Positions 20,676 through 30,844 of a stretch of DNA of 49,172 nt are shown piece by piece. A model generated the notes under the pieces. The model was not told where the DNA came from. It saw nothing but the letters and a program-made list of their open reading frames with translations, and searched no databases. A program made the position numbers and the translations under genes. Origin of the DNA: an uncultured Deinococcaceae bacterium (GTDB taxonomy: Bacteria > Deinococcota > Deinococci > Deinococcales > Deinococcaceae); assembly GCA_964252075.1 (NCBI GenBank), contig CAXULY010000042.1, positions 1 through 49,172 on the forward strand, written 5' to 3'. Position 1 is the stretch's first letter. Each line of letters begins with the position of its first letter.

Positions 20676-21254
20676 ATGGACAACCTGCTGAGAAAAGCCG
20701 GCCAGATGACCCCGTACATCGAGCTGTTCCGACGCATCGAGGCGGTCCGGCAGTTGCTGGTGCTGGCGTATGCCATGGACGAGCGCAGCGGTCGCGCGGC
20801 CATGGTGAACGCCGAGAGCATCACCATCTTCGGCGCGGACACCACCACCGAGGCGGCCTTCAACGCGCGGAACAACACCGCCGACGCCCCCACCTGCTAC
20901 GCAACCCTCGCGACCCTCAAGGGGCACGCCGCCCCCGAGTACGCCGTCACCCGCGATGAACTGAAGGCGTTGAACCGCCGCGCGCAGGGGGAACTCGAGA
21001 TCAGTCAGGAACTCGCGGATTTCGGGACGGTCCTCACGCAGATCCTCAACGACGGCAAAACGGGCGGCGGGGACAGCAGGACCGCAGCGACGGACCCACG
21101 GGGTGTCAGCGCGGACCCCGAAGGCAAGGATGCTGCCCCCGACGCGACCCTGCCGTCCGGGGAAGCGAAAGCGCCCGGCGCGACGGACGGCGCCCCCGCC
21201 AAGACCCGCGCGCGCACGGCGGCGGACGCGTCGAACGACCCCGCGCGCGCCTGA
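20676..21254 (+). CDS. ddrD: DNA damage response protein DdrD (ssDNA-binding)
   Basis: MDNLLRKAG..LF..RQLLVLAYAMDER..APEYAVTRDELKALN matches my recollection of Deinococcus DdrD. It has a disordered C-tail, an upstream RDRM and a leaderless start. Confidence 0.8.
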   Translation: MDNLLRKAGQMTPYIELFRRIEAVRQLLVLAYAMDERSGRAAMVNAESITIFGADTTTEAAFNARNNTADAPTCYATLATLKGHAAPEYAVTRDELKALNRRAQGELEISQELADFGTVLTQILNDGKTGGGDSRTAATDPRGVSADPEGKDAAPDATLPSGEAKAPGATDGAPAKTRARTAADASNDPARA

Positions 21255-21446
21255 GCCTCTCCCACCTCGCCCGGCACACACCTCATGCGCTCTCCCTCGT
21301 CTGAGGGTGAAGCGCATGGGGTGGCTGAAGTCCGTCTCTACAAAGAGGCGCGTCCAAGGCGGAATTTCCCCGAAGTCCGACAGCCAAAGCTCAGCACGCG
21401 CCAGCTGTAAGCATGCCAATTCACGTAAGGTGCGCGGGGCCACCGT

Positions 21447-23585
21447 TCAGGGGCGTTTCGGGAGGGTGAAGCTGAAGGTCGCGCCCTTCCCCACCTGTCC
21501 CTCCGCCCACACGCGCCCCCCGTGACGCTCGATGATGCGCCGCACGTTCGCGAGGCCCACGCCCGTGCCCTCGAACTCCTCCGCTCGGTGCAGGCGCTGG
21601 AATACCCCGAAGAGGCGCTCCTGGTAGCGCGGGTCGAACCCCACCCCGTTGTCCCGCACGTGCATGACCCAGGCATCGGTGCGGGCCTCCGCCCACACCT
21701 CGATCACCGCCGCATCCCGCGTCCGCGTGTACTTCACGGCGTTCGCGAGCAGGTTCACCAGCACCTGCCGCAGGGAGTTGGCGTCGCCCGTCACGGACGG
21801 CAGGTCCGCCACCGCCCACGTGACCACACGGTCACCCACCTCGGAGGACAGCGCCTCGCGCGCCTCCGATACGAGCGCCCCCAGGTCGACGGGCATCAGG
21901 CGCAGCGGCAGCCGGGACGTGCGGGACAGGTCCAGCATCGCGTCAATCAGCACGTTCATGCGCTGCGCGGCGGTGTTCACCACCTGCAGGTACCGCGCGG
22001 CCTTCTCGTCCAGCTCGGCCGGCAGGGCGGCACGCAGCAGGCCGTTGAAGGCGACAATGTGCCGCACGGGCGTGCGCAGGTCATGGCTGACGCTGTACGT
22101 GAACGCCTCCAGCTCCTCGTTCGCGACCTCCAGCGCGCGCGTGCGCTCGCGCAGCACGTCCCGCTGCTCCAGCAGCTGCCGCGCCTGCTCGGCGCGCTCC
22201 AGCGCCAGCGTGAGCGCGCGCCCCACCGCGCGAATGACGCCCCGGTCGCGCTCCGTCCACCGCGTTGCGCCCCGCGACCCCACCACCAGCACCGCCGTCA
22301 TGGCGTCCCCCTGGAAGAACGGCTGGTGCGCCACCGCCCCGTACACCGCCGATTCCGGCACGCCACGCGGCGGCGCGTTCCAGCCGTCCGTAAACACCAC
22401 CTGCCGCTCCCGTGCGGCCTGCGCGACGTCCGGGAAGTCCAGCGTGAAGCCGAGGCGCGAGCGGGCCAGCAGCGCCTCCGGGAAGTCCTGCGGCCACAGC
22501 CGGATGGTGAAGCGCTCGCCGTCCCGCTCGAAGTACGTGGCGTCCAGCGCGCGGACGTCCCCGAGCAGGTGCATGGCGCGCCGCATCAGGGTGAGGACGT
22601 CCGTTTCAGTGCCGACCGCTTCGGTGAACGCGGTGAACGCCGCGAGCGCCTCGCGCTCCTCATCGAGCTGCCGCGCCTGCTCGGCGCGCTCGAGTGCCAG
22701 CGTGAGGCCGCGCCCCACCGCCACCACCAGCGCCTGATCGCGCGCCGTCCAGCGCGGCGCGTCGAGCAGCGCCACCCCCAGGAAGCGCCGCAGGTCGCCG
22801 TTCACCACGAGCGGCACGCCCGCGACCGCGCCGTACACGTCGGAATGCACGAGGCCCTCGCGGTCGGCGTCCCAGCCCTCCACGAACACCGGCGCGCGCT
22901 CGCGCAGCATGCGGGCGATGAGGGGGGTGGAGCTGGGCAGGCCCGCCGCGATGGTGTCGCTGAGCGGCTTCGGGGAGTTCCCGCTGCCCACCCGTCCCTT
23001 CCACACGTCCCCGTCCTGCTCGTAGTACCCGACGCTGACGCCCTCGAAGCGGCTGCGCAGGACGTGAATGGCCTGCTGCGCGACCGCCTGGACGTCCGTC
23101 TCGCTCCCCACGGCTTCCGTGAAGGCCACGAAGGCGTCCAGGGCGGCGTTCCGCTCGCGCACCTGCACCTCCAGGGTGGCGTTCAGCTCCTGCAGGTCCC
23201 GCTCCGTGCGCTTCCGGCGCGTCACGTCGCGCGACAGGCCGTACAGCGTCACGGGGGTGCCGAGCGCGCCGCGCTCCACGAAGGCGTGCTGCTCCACCCA
23301 CAGCACCGGCCCGTCCGGGGGCGCGTACCGGTACTGCACCACGGCCTCGTCCAGCGCGCCCGCGCCCAACTGCGCGTACGTCTCCCGCACGAGCGGCTGG
23401 TCCTCCTCGTGCACGTGCGCGAGGCGCTCCAGCGGGCCGGGCACGTCGCGGTCCGGGCCCAGCAGGGCCTGAAGTTCAGGGGAGCGGTGGGCGACGCCGG
23501 TGCGCAGGTCGACCTCCCAGAAGCCCTGCCGTGCGGCCCGCAGGGCGCGGCGGAGGCGAGCGTCGCTCGGCGGCGTGTCGTGCAT
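21447..23585 (-). CDS. PAS-GAF-GAF sensor histidine kinase
   Basis: PAS/PAC followed by two similar GAF repeats; SHDLRTP, NLLANAVKY, DNGVG and GTGVGL; TATGCT-N6-ATG. Confidence 0.92.
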   Translation of the reverse strand: MHDTPPSDARLRRALRAARQGFWEVDLRTGVAHRSPELQALLGPDRDVPGPLERLAHVHEEDQPLVRETYAQLGAGALDEAVVQYRYAPPDGPVLWVEQHAFVERGALGTPVTLYGLSRDVTRRKRTERDLQELNATLEVQVRERNAALDAFVAFTEAVGSETDVQAVAQQAIHVLRSRFEGVSVGYYEQDGDVWKGRVGSGNSPKPLSDTIAAGLPSSTPLIARMLRERAPVFVEGWDADREGLVHSDVYGAVAGVPLVVNGDLRRFLGVALLDAPRWTARDQALVVAVGRGLTLALERAEQARQLDEEREALAAFTAFTEAVGTETDVLTLMRRAMHLLGDVRALDATYFERDGERFTIRLWPQDFPEALLARSRLGFTLDFPDVAQAARERQVVFTDGWNAPPRGVPESAVYGAVAHQPFFQGDAMTAVLVVGSRGATRWTERDRGVIRAVGRALTLALERAEQARQLLEQRDVLRERTRALEVANEELEAFTYSVSHDLRTPVRHIVAFNGLLRAALPAELDEKAARYLQVVNTAAQRMNVLIDAMLDLSRTSRLPLRLMPVDLGALVSEAREALSSEVGDRVVTWAVADLPSVTGDANSLRQVLVNLLANAVKYTRTRDAAVIEVWAEARTDAWVMHVRDNGVGFDPRYQERLFGVFQRLHRAEEFEGTGVGLANVRRIIERHGGRVWAEGQVGKGATFSFTLPKRP

Positions 23586-23763
23586 GAGCGCAGCATAGCG
23601 AGCGCCGCGCGCCCCGACCGTGGGAACCCGAAGGAACGCATGCCCACCCAGGTGCGATGGGGCCATCCGTCATTCGGGTGCTCACGGCGGTGACCACCGC
23701 GCGCCCGCACACGCGTCAGGCGCTCCGGGCGGCCACGTCCATTGTGTACGCTGGGCGCACCCC

Positions 23764-24813
23764 ATGACCACGCACCGCCTGTACGTCGGCAGCTACACGC
23801 AACCCCTCCCACACGCGCCGGACGCGCACGCAGAAGGCATCACCGCCTTCGATTTCGACGAGGAGAGTGGCGCGCTCAGGCCCCTTGGCCTCGCGGCGCG
23901 CGCCACCAACCCGTCCTACCTCGCGGCGCACCCGTCCGGACGCACCGTGTACGCGGTGCACGAGGTGCCAGGCGGCCAGGTGAGCGCGTACCTCGCGCAG
24001 CCCGGCGGTGCACTCACGCTGCTGGGGACGGCCTCCACCTTCGGGAGTCACCCCGCGCACGTGAGCGTTGAACCCGCAGCGCAGCGCGTGTGGGCCGCCA
24101 ACTACGCCTCGGGCGCCTCCGCGGTCGCGTACGCCCTCCAGGCAGACGGTGCGCTGGGCGAGCACGTCGCGACCCTGCAGACCCAGGAAGCCCCCACTGG
24201 GCCCACGCCGCACGCGCACTGTGTCGCGCCGTCCCCGGACGGGCGGCACCTGACGGTCGTGGACCTCGGCCTGGACCGGATCGTGACGTACGAGCGCACC
24301 GCATCACAGGTGTGGCGTGACCTCACGCACCTGCAGCTCCCGACGGGCTGGGGGCCGCGCCACCTCGTCGTCCGCGCGGACGGGCGGGCGGCGTTCGTCA
24401 CGCTGGAACTCGCGTCCGCCGTGGCGATCCTGACGCGCCCCGACGCGAGCGCCGCCTGGCACCTGGCGGGCCACACGCCCACCCAACCGCCAGGGGAGCG
24501 CGGGGTGAACCACCCGGCGGGCCTCGCCCTCAGCGCGGATGGGCGCTTCCTGTACGTCACGAACCGGGGCGCCGAGAACGTCACGGTGTTCCGCGTGCCG
24601 CCGGACGGCGCAGCGTTGCACCCCGTGCAGCACGAGGGCGTGCGGGGCCGCACCCCGCGGGCGTGCGCCCTCTCGCCCGGAGAGCGTCACCTGCTGGTCG
24701 CGAACCAGGACAGCGCTACCATCACGGTGTTCCGCCGCGATGTGCAGACCGGCGAGCTTGCCAACCCGCAGGTGGTGCCGTGCCCCACGCCCACCAGCCT
24801 GTGTTTCCTGTGA
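23764..24813 (+). CDS. lactonase, 6-phosphogluconolactonase (Pgl/YbhE) beta-propeller family
   Basis: YVGSYT, NPSYL, ANY, HAHC, DLGLD, GPRH, TNRG and TPR..VANQDS. Confidence 0.9.
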   Translation: MTTHRLYVGSYTQPLPHAPDAHAEGITAFDFDEESGALRPLGLAARATNPSYLAAHPSGRTVYAVHEVPGGQVSAYLAQPGGALTLLGTASTFGSHPAHVSVEPAAQRVWAANYASGASAVAYALQADGALGEHVATLQTQEAPTGPTPHAHCVAPSPDGRHLTVVDLGLDRIVTYERTASQVWRDLTHLQLPTGWGPRHLVVRADGRAAFVTLELASAVAILTRPDASAAWHLAGHTPTQPPGERGVNHPAGLALSADGRFLYVTNRGAENVTVFRVPPDGAALHPVQHEGVRGRTPRACALSPGERHLLVANQDSATITVFRRDVQTGELANPQVVPCPTPTSLCFL

Positions 24814-25240
24814 AGCACTGGGCTCAATGTGGACAGCGCTCTACCTTACGGGCAGCGTGGTTGCCGGTGTGAATGCTTATGGCTATGCACTCACCCCCTT
24901 CGATCCCGGCGGTTCGGAAGGCGCCTCACCGCTGGAATCACCTGGTCAGTCCTAAGCGCCGGTAAATACGCCCAGCACGACCATCAACCGAACCCTGAAG
25001 CGCCATGGTCCGCTGCCGTCGTCCCGCACACCTCAACTCCACCCCACGCGCAGGAGGACCGAGAGCTGCATTGGCACGTAGAGCGTAATCGGACCAACGC
25101 GCCCCACACGGTGCCCGGCGGTTGCCTTACAGGAGGGAAGGGGCCCATGCATCGTCTAAGTCCAGCCACGCGTGTTGGTCGTGAAGTTCATGCTGCGGGC
25201 GTTGTCATGTTGCGCGCGCGCGAACGCCGTACCGTGAACC

Positions 25241-25507
25241 ATGGCGGTCACGCTGACCCTCTCCCCCGTGCAGGTGCGGAAACGCGCGCGGCTGGAGGCG
25301 CACGGGTACCGCGTTGCGGTCAGCTTCGATGCCGCCGCCCAGCCCGGCGAACCGTACTTCGTGGATGTCATTGACCCCGCCGTCCCCCGCCGGATGGTGC
25401 ACGTCAGTGCGACCAGTGCGGACGCCGCGATGGACTCGGCCTTCACGCAGGTGGCAGTGGTCCTCGCGTGGGAGGAGCGCGAGCAGTGGGACTTCGGCGT
25501 GGACTGA
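25241..25507 (+). CDS. small hypothetical protein
   Basis: 88 aa with host-like codon usage; TACCGT 5 nt before the ATG. Confidence 0.55.
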   Translation: MAVTLTLSPVQVRKRARLEAHGYRVAVSFDAAAQPGEPYFVDVIDPAVPRRMVHVSATSADAAMDSAFTQVAVVLAWEEREQWDFGVD

Positions 25508-25861
25508 ACACCCAGGGCAGGACGTGAGCAACGAGGGCCACTCCCGATGAGTGGCCCTGTGGCGTTGGAGCTCTTCCAAGTCGCCAATGCCAGCATACGG
25601 CTCGCCTTTTCACCTGTCGCGGACGTCAGCCGCGCCTCCGAGGGATTTTATCCCGCCGATTTGAGGGGGCTGTGGAACCCATAGCGCTCACGTCTCGGTT
25701 CTGATCGGCTCATCCATGAAGCACGCATCGGTGATGGATGCGGTGTGCCCCCTTCTGGGTGCTGGTGTCTCATGGCTCCTCTGTGGGGCTCTTGCCGGGC
25801 ACCGGTGTCGCTGAGGTAACGGTGATCTGCTGGGCGCGCAGTGGATAAACCAGGCGCTCAC

Positions 25862-25918
25862 TTGACAGTGGGGTGCGAAAGGCGTACCGTGACAGGCACA
25901 GAACTTTAACGTTTAAGT
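25862..25918 (+). promoter_or_regulatory. sigma70-type promoter with LacI-type operator
   Basis: TTGACA (25862)-N17-TACCGT (25885); near-palindrome ACTTTAACGTTTAAGT (25903-25918) with a central CG. Confidence 0.7.
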
Positions 25919-25989
25919 CGGGCAAAGCTGGTCGCCTGAATTGGTCATGCCGCCGCCTCGCTGCGCTCCGCGCAGAGAAAGGGGAAGTT

Positions 25990-27630
25990 ATGCCGCACCG
26001 ACCCCGTCCCGCCACCCTCATGACCCTGGCCCTCCTCACCGCGGGCCTGCCTGGCCTCGCGGAGGCCGCGAAGAGCACGTTCACGGTCGTGCGCCCCACC
26101 CCCTGGGGCGCGTACAACCTGAACCCCTTCGCGCCGGGCGCCAGCTACCTCGCCCCCACCCTGTCTGCGCTGTACGAGACGCTGTTCTTCGTGAACATCC
26201 TGGACGGCAAGGTCACGCCGGTGCTCGGCACGGGCTACGCCTGGAGCAGGGACAACACCACCCTCAGCGTGAAGGTCCGCCCCGGCGTGCGCTGGAATGA
26301 CGGCGCGCCCTTCACGGCGCGCGACGTGGCCTTCACCTTCAATTACCTCAAGCGATACCCGGCGCTGGACGGCAGCGCCTTCTGGAAGAACAACTTCAGG
26401 AGCGTCACCGCGCGCGGCGACACCGTGACCTTCCAGTTCACGAAACCCAACACGCCGCTGTTCCTGAACATCACGCAGACCCCCATCATTCCCGAGCACG
26501 TGTGGAGCAAGGTGCAGGACCCCCTCACCTTCACGAACCCCCACCCGGTCGCCACGGGTCCATTCACCTTCGACACCTACAGCCAGCAGGCGCTGCGCGT
26601 CGTGAAGAACCCCAACTACTGGATGAAGGGCCAGCCGTACGTGGACGAGGTGGTGTGGGTCTCCACGACCAGCAACGAGGCCGCGCAACTCGCGCTGCTG
26701 AGCGGCAAGGCGGACTGGGGCACCATCGGCATCAGCGACCCCGAGGGCGGCTACGCGCGCCGTGGGCCGCAATTCAGGTACTGGTGGCCCGTCATCTCCA
26801 CGAACTTCCTGTACCTGAACACCGCGAAGGCGCCCTTCAATGACCCCGCCTTCCGCCGCGCGCTTGTGAGCGCCATCAACACCAGGGACGTCGCGCTGAA
26901 AGCCTACGGGGAGGTCGGGCGGCCCGCCACCGCCACCGGCCTGATTCCCGCGCAGGAGCGCGCCTGGGTGCCACCGCAGGCGCTCGCCGCCGCCGCGCCC
27001 TACGACCCCGCCGCCGCCGACCAGGCCCTCACCGCCGCCGGGTACCGGAAGGACGCCAGCGGCAAGCGCCTCGGGAAGGACGGGCAGCCGCTCCCCACCT
27101 TCAGGATCCTGGTGGGCGCGGGCTGGACGGACTTCATCACCATGGGGGAGGTCGTGAGCCGCCACCTCGCGGCGCTCGGCATTCAGGCGAGCGTGGACCA
27201 GCAGGCGCCCACCAGTTACACCGCGAGCATCACGAACGGCAGTTACGACACCGCCGTCTCGTGGAGCTGGGGCAGCGGCCCCACGCCGTACTACCTGTAC
27301 CAGCAGTCCTTCAACCCGGTGTTCTCCGCGCCCGTCGGGAAGACCGCGGTGAGTGACATCACGCGCTACACCGACCCCACCGTGACGGCCGCCCTGAACC
27401 GCTTCGCGCGCGTCACGGACCCCGCCGCGCAGAAGGCCGCCATCGCGGGCATCGCGCGCACCGTGCTGCAGAACGCGCCGTGGGTGCCGCTCACCGCGCG
27501 CACGCAGTTCAACCTGTACAACACCACGCGCTTCACGAACTTCCCGGACGACGCGCACCCCTACAACGACGGCGGCCTCGACGTGAACATCGGCGCGCGC
27601 CTGCTGTTCCTGAACGTCCGGCCGAAGTGA
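25990..27630 (+). CDS. ABC substrate-binding protein, family 5 (oligosaccharide-binding type)
   Basis: Signal peptide; NLNPF, YETLFFVN, VRWNDGAPFTARDVAFTF, ATGPF and GWTDF. Confidence 0.88.
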   Translation: MPHRPRPATLMTLALLTAGLPGLAEAAKSTFTVVRPTPWGAYNLNPFAPGASYLAPTLSALYETLFFVNILDGKVTPVLGTGYAWSRDNTTLSVKVRPGVRWNDGAPFTARDVAFTFNYLKRYPALDGSAFWKNNFRSVTARGDTVTFQFTKPNTPLFLNITQTPIIPEHVWSKVQDPLTFTNPHPVATGPFTFDTYSQQALRVVKNPNYWMKGQPYVDEVVWVSTTSNEAAQLALLSGKADWGTIGISDPEGGYARRGPQFRYWWPVISTNFLYLNTAKAPFNDPAFRRALVSAINTRDVALKAYGEVGRPATATGLIPAQERAWVPPQALAAAAPYDPAAADQALTAAGYRKDASGKRLGKDGQPLPTFRILVGAGWTDFITMGEVVSRHLAALGIQASVDQQAPTSYTASITNGSYDTAVSWSWGSGPTPYYLYQQSFNPVFSAPVGKTAVSDITRYTDPTVTAALNRFARVTDPAAQKAAIAGIARTVLQNAPWVPLTARTQFNLYNTTRFTNFPDDAHPYNDGGLDVNIGARLLFLNVRPK

Positions 27631-27649
27631 CCGCCGCCCGACGTACAGT

Positions 27650-27681
27650 GGGGACGGGCGGGGCGCCCCGCGCCCGTCCCC
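27650..27681 (+). terminator. intergenic hairpin between SBP and lacI
   Basis: GGGGACGGGCG...CGCCCGTCCCC. Confidence 0.5.
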
Positions 27682-27693
27682 GCCGGAGGGCGC

Positions 27694-28710
27694 ATGCCGA
27701 AAGTCGGACTGAAAGCCATCGCTCAGCACCTCGGCATCTCCGCCGCGTCGGTGTCCTACGCGCTGAACGGCGCGCCCGGCGTGAGCGAGGACCTGCGCCG
27801 CCAGGTGCAGGAGACCGCCGAGCGGCTCGGGTACCAGCCGAACCACGCGGGCGCCGCGCTGCGCGCGCAGCGCTCCTGGACGGTCGCCTTCACGAAGTTC
27901 GCGAGTGAGTCCGGGGAGCGCACCGACCCGTTCCTCGCGACGATCCTCACGAGCGCGGCCGCCACCCTGGAGGCGGGCCGGTACGACACCCTCATCCACA
28001 CCATCGACCAGACGCGCGACCCGCAGCTCGCGTCCCTGCAGCGGCTGTTCTCCAGCGGGCGGGTGGACGGCGCCATCGTGAGCGCCGGGCGGCTGGACGC
28101 CAGTACCCTGCGCTGGCTCGCGGAGCGCGACGCGCCCATCGTCACGCTGGAGGCCGCGGCGCACCACCCCACCCTGCCGGGCGTCGGCGCGCAGTACCAG
28201 CAGGGCATCGAGGCGCTCGTGCAGCACCTCGCGCGGCGCGGCCGGACGCGCATCGCGTTCCTAGCGGGCGACCCGACGGAGCACACCGCCCGGCAGCGCC
28301 TGCGCGGGTACGAGCTGGGCCTGCGCGCCGCGGGCCTGCCCCTGAACCCCGCGTGGGTGGGGGCGTTCGCGTACGGGTACGACGCCGCGCGCGCCTTCGT
28401 GGCGAACCTGCTGGACGCCGGCGCGCGACCGGACGCCATCATGGGCGCGACGGACCGCATGGCGGTCGCCGCCATTCAGGAACTGCAGGCGCGCGGCCTG
28501 CGCGTCCCGGAGGACGTGGCCGTCACGGGCTTCGACGATTCGGAGTTCGCGCGGTACATTCAGCCGCACCTCACCACCGCGCGCCTGCACGCCGACGCGC
28601 TGGGCGGCGTCGCGGGCCGCCTGATGTTGCAGCGCCTCGCGGGCCCCGTGCCGGTCGAGGACGCGCACGTGCTGCTGCCCGTCGAGGTCATCGTGCGCGA
28701 CTCCGCGTGA
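27694..28710 (+). CDS. LacI family regulator
   Basis: LKAIAQHLGISAASVSYALNG HTH; VPEDVAVTGFDD; IVRDS. Confidence 0.93.
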   Translation: MPKVGLKAIAQHLGISAASVSYALNGAPGVSEDLRRQVQETAERLGYQPNHAGAALRAQRSWTVAFTKFASESGERTDPFLATILTSAAATLEAGRYDTLIHTIDQTRDPQLASLQRLFSSGRVDGAIVSAGRLDASTLRWLAERDAPIVTLEAAAHHPTLPGVGAQYQQGIEALVQHLARRGRTRIAFLAGDPTEHTARQRLRGYELGLRAAGLPLNPAWVGAFAYGYDAARAFVANLLDAGARPDAIMGATDRMAVAAIQELQARGLRVPEDVAVTGFDDSEFARYIQPHLTTARLHADALGGVAGRLMLQRLAGPVPVEDAHVLLPVEVIVRDSA

Positions 28711-28720
28711 CGCGCCCGCG

Positions 28721-29521
28721 TCACCTCACCACGGCGGGCGGCGCGAGGGCCGCGCGCAGCGCCTCGGCGGTGTCGGCGTCGGCGGGCAGGAAGGACTCGA
28801 CCGCCAGTTCCGACGCGGTGACGTCCACGGGCGTGCCGAACACCATGGTGGCGCTGATGAGGGACAGCGTGCGGTCCCCGCTGCGCAGGCGCAGCGGCGT
28901 CGCCACCCCCACGCGCTCCCGCTCCGCGCCGCCCGCGGGCGCCGGGTAGGTCAGCAGTTCCTCGCGCAGCGCGCGCAGGACGGGATCAGCGGTGAGGTCC
29001 AGCTGCTGCGTGAGGCGGTCCAGCAGGTGCGCGCGCCACGCCGCGAGGTTCACGATGCGCGGCGCGAGGCCCTGCGGGTGCAGACTCAGGCGCAGCACGT
29101 TCGCGGGCGCGCGCAGCAGCGCCGGCGCCACGCCGTGCAGCAGCGGCGCGACCGCCGCGTTCGCCGCGACGAGCGTCCAGTGGCGGTCCACGGCCAGCGC
29201 CGGGTACGGCTCGTGGCCGCGCAGGATCACGTCGAGGCCCTCGCGCAGGGCGGTCATGTGGTCGTCCGTGAGGGGACGGTGCGTGTACGCGGGCGCGAAG
29301 CCCGCCGCGAGCAGCAGCGCGTTGCGTTCACGCAGGGGCACGTGCAGGCGCTCCGCGAGGCGCAGCACCATCTCGCGGCCCGGCTGGGCGCGGCCCGTCT
29401 CCAGGTAACTGAGGTGCCGGGTGGACACGTCCGCCTCCAGCGCGAGGGCCAGCTGGCTGAGGCGCCGCCGCTGCCGCCAGGTGCGCAGCTGCTCGCCGAA
29501 GGGACGCGGCAGGGTCGTCAT
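28721..29521 (-). CDS. MmyB-like XRE regulator (intact)
   Basis: FGEQLRTWRQRRRLSQLALA...HLSYLETGR; HEPYPA; ELAVESFLPAD; TATCGT-N6-ATG. Confidence 0.9.
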   Translation of the reverse strand: MTTLPRPFGEQLRTWRQRRRLSQLALALEADVSTRHLSYLETGRAQPGREMVLRLAERLHVPLRERNALLLAAGFAPAYTHRPLTDDHMTALREGLDVILRGHEPYPALAVDRHWTLVAANAAVAPLLHGVAPALLRAPANVLRLSLHPQGLAPRIVNLAAWRAHLLDRLTQQLDLTADPVLRALREELLTYPAPAGGAERERVGVATPLRLRSGDRTLSLISATMVFGTPVDVTASELAVESFLPADADTAEALRAALAPPAVVR

Positions 29522-29555
29522 GCCCCGACGATACGCGCGCGCGCGCCGGACGCCA

Positions 29556-29572
29556 ATAACCTCGGACGTTAT
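29556..29572. promoter_or_regulatory. probable operator between the XRE regulator and the SnoaL gene
   Basis: ATAAC-N7-GTTAT inverted repeat in the divergent intergenic region. Confidence 0.5.
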
Positions 29573-29641
29573 CGACGCGCCGCCGGTTCGCGCGCAGCAT
29601 GACGCCAGCCGGGCACGATCCGCCCGGCGCAGGAGGACGAC

Positions 29642-30010
29642 ATGAACGTGGAATCCCTGGTGGACCGGTACCTGGAAGCCTGGAACGAAGCCGACGACGA
29701 CCGCCGCGCGCACCTGCTCGCCGCGCTGTTCTCCGCGGACGCCGAGTACCGCGATCCGGTGATGCGGGGGGACGCGCCGGGCGGCATCAACGCCATGATC
29801 GCCGCGGCGCGCGCGCAGTTCCCCGGGGCGGTCTTTCACCGCCTGGGCGCCGCCGAGGCGCACCACGACGCCCTGCGCTTCACGTGGGCGCTGCGCGCCG
29901 CAGACGGCGCGGACCTCGCGCTCGGCACGGACGTGGGGCGCCTGAACGACGACGGCCGCCTGCGTTCGGTGATCGGGTTCCTCGACCCGGTGCCCGCCGC
30001 GGCCACCTGA
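29642..30010 (+). CDS. SnoaL/NTF2-like protein
   Basis: VDRYLEAWNE, AEYRDP, RFTW and VIGFLD; AGGAGG SD. Confidence 0.85.
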   Translation: MNVESLVDRYLEAWNEADDDRRAHLLAALFSADAEYRDPVMRGDAPGGINAMIAAARAQFPGAVFHRLGAAEAHHDALRFTWALRAADGADLALGTDVGRLNDDGRLRSVIGFLDPVPAAAT

Positions 30011-30240
30011 CCGCCGCGCGCGACGCACGCCTGAGGAGGGGCAGCGGGACCACATCCCGCTGCCCCGTCCGGTTGTGGAGATCGTGTCGCGGCGCGCACA
30101 TGCACGCCGTCCGGCGGTTGCGCGCAGGGGGTGGGGCCTGCGAGTGTAAGCTCATCGCCACGGCCACCGTGGCCGTCACGCCGCGCCGGGCGTGACGCGC
30201 TCGCCCGGCGCTCTCGGGCGCCCGCACCGAAAGGACGTGC

Positions 30241-30831
30241 ATGACCGATTCGCATGAGCCGCAAGACCCCACCCTCGCCGACCTCACGCACCGCTGGCTG
30301 CAGCTGATCGGGGAGGACCCGCAGCGCGAGGGCCTCGTGAAGACCCCGCAGCGCGTCGAGAAGGCGTGGCACTTCATCACGGGCGGCTACCGCATGACGC
30401 TGGAGGAAGTCGCGAACGACGCGATCTTCGAGGCGGAAGGCTCCGAGATGGTGGTGGTGAAGGACATCGAGTTCTACTCCATGTGCGAGCACCACATGCT
30501 GCCCTTCTTCGGGCGGGCGCACATCGGGTACATCCCGAACGGGAAGATCCTGGGGCTCTCGAAGTTCGCGCGCCTCACGGACCTGTACGCGCGCCGCCTG
30601 CAGGTGCAGGAGCGCCTCACCACGCAGATCGCCGAGGCGGTGCAGGCGCTGCTCAACCCGCAGGGCGTGGCGGTGGTGCTGTCCGGCGTGCACCTGTGCA
30701 TGGCGATGCGCGGCGTGGAGAAGCAGCACAGCGAGACGACCACCTCCGCGATGCGCGGCGTGTTCCGCGACGACCCGCGCACCCGCGCGGAGTTCCTGCA
30801 GGTGATGCAGAGCCGCAGCCTCACCCTCTGA
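30241..30831 (+). CDS. folE: GTP cyclohydrolase I
   Basis: [33 protein letters not shown] and HLCMAMRG. Confidence 0.96.
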   Translation: MTDSHEPQDPTLADLTHRWLQLIGEDPQREGLVKTPQRVEKAWHFITGGYRMTLEEVANDAIFEAEGSEMVVVKDIEFYSMCEHHMLPFFGRAHIGYIPNGKILGLSKFARLTDLYARRLQVQERLTTQIAEAVQALLNPQGVAVVLSGVHLCMAMRGVEKQHSETTTSAMRGVFRDDPRTRAEFLQVMQSRSLTL

Positions 30832-30844
30832 CGCGCCGGGCCGG

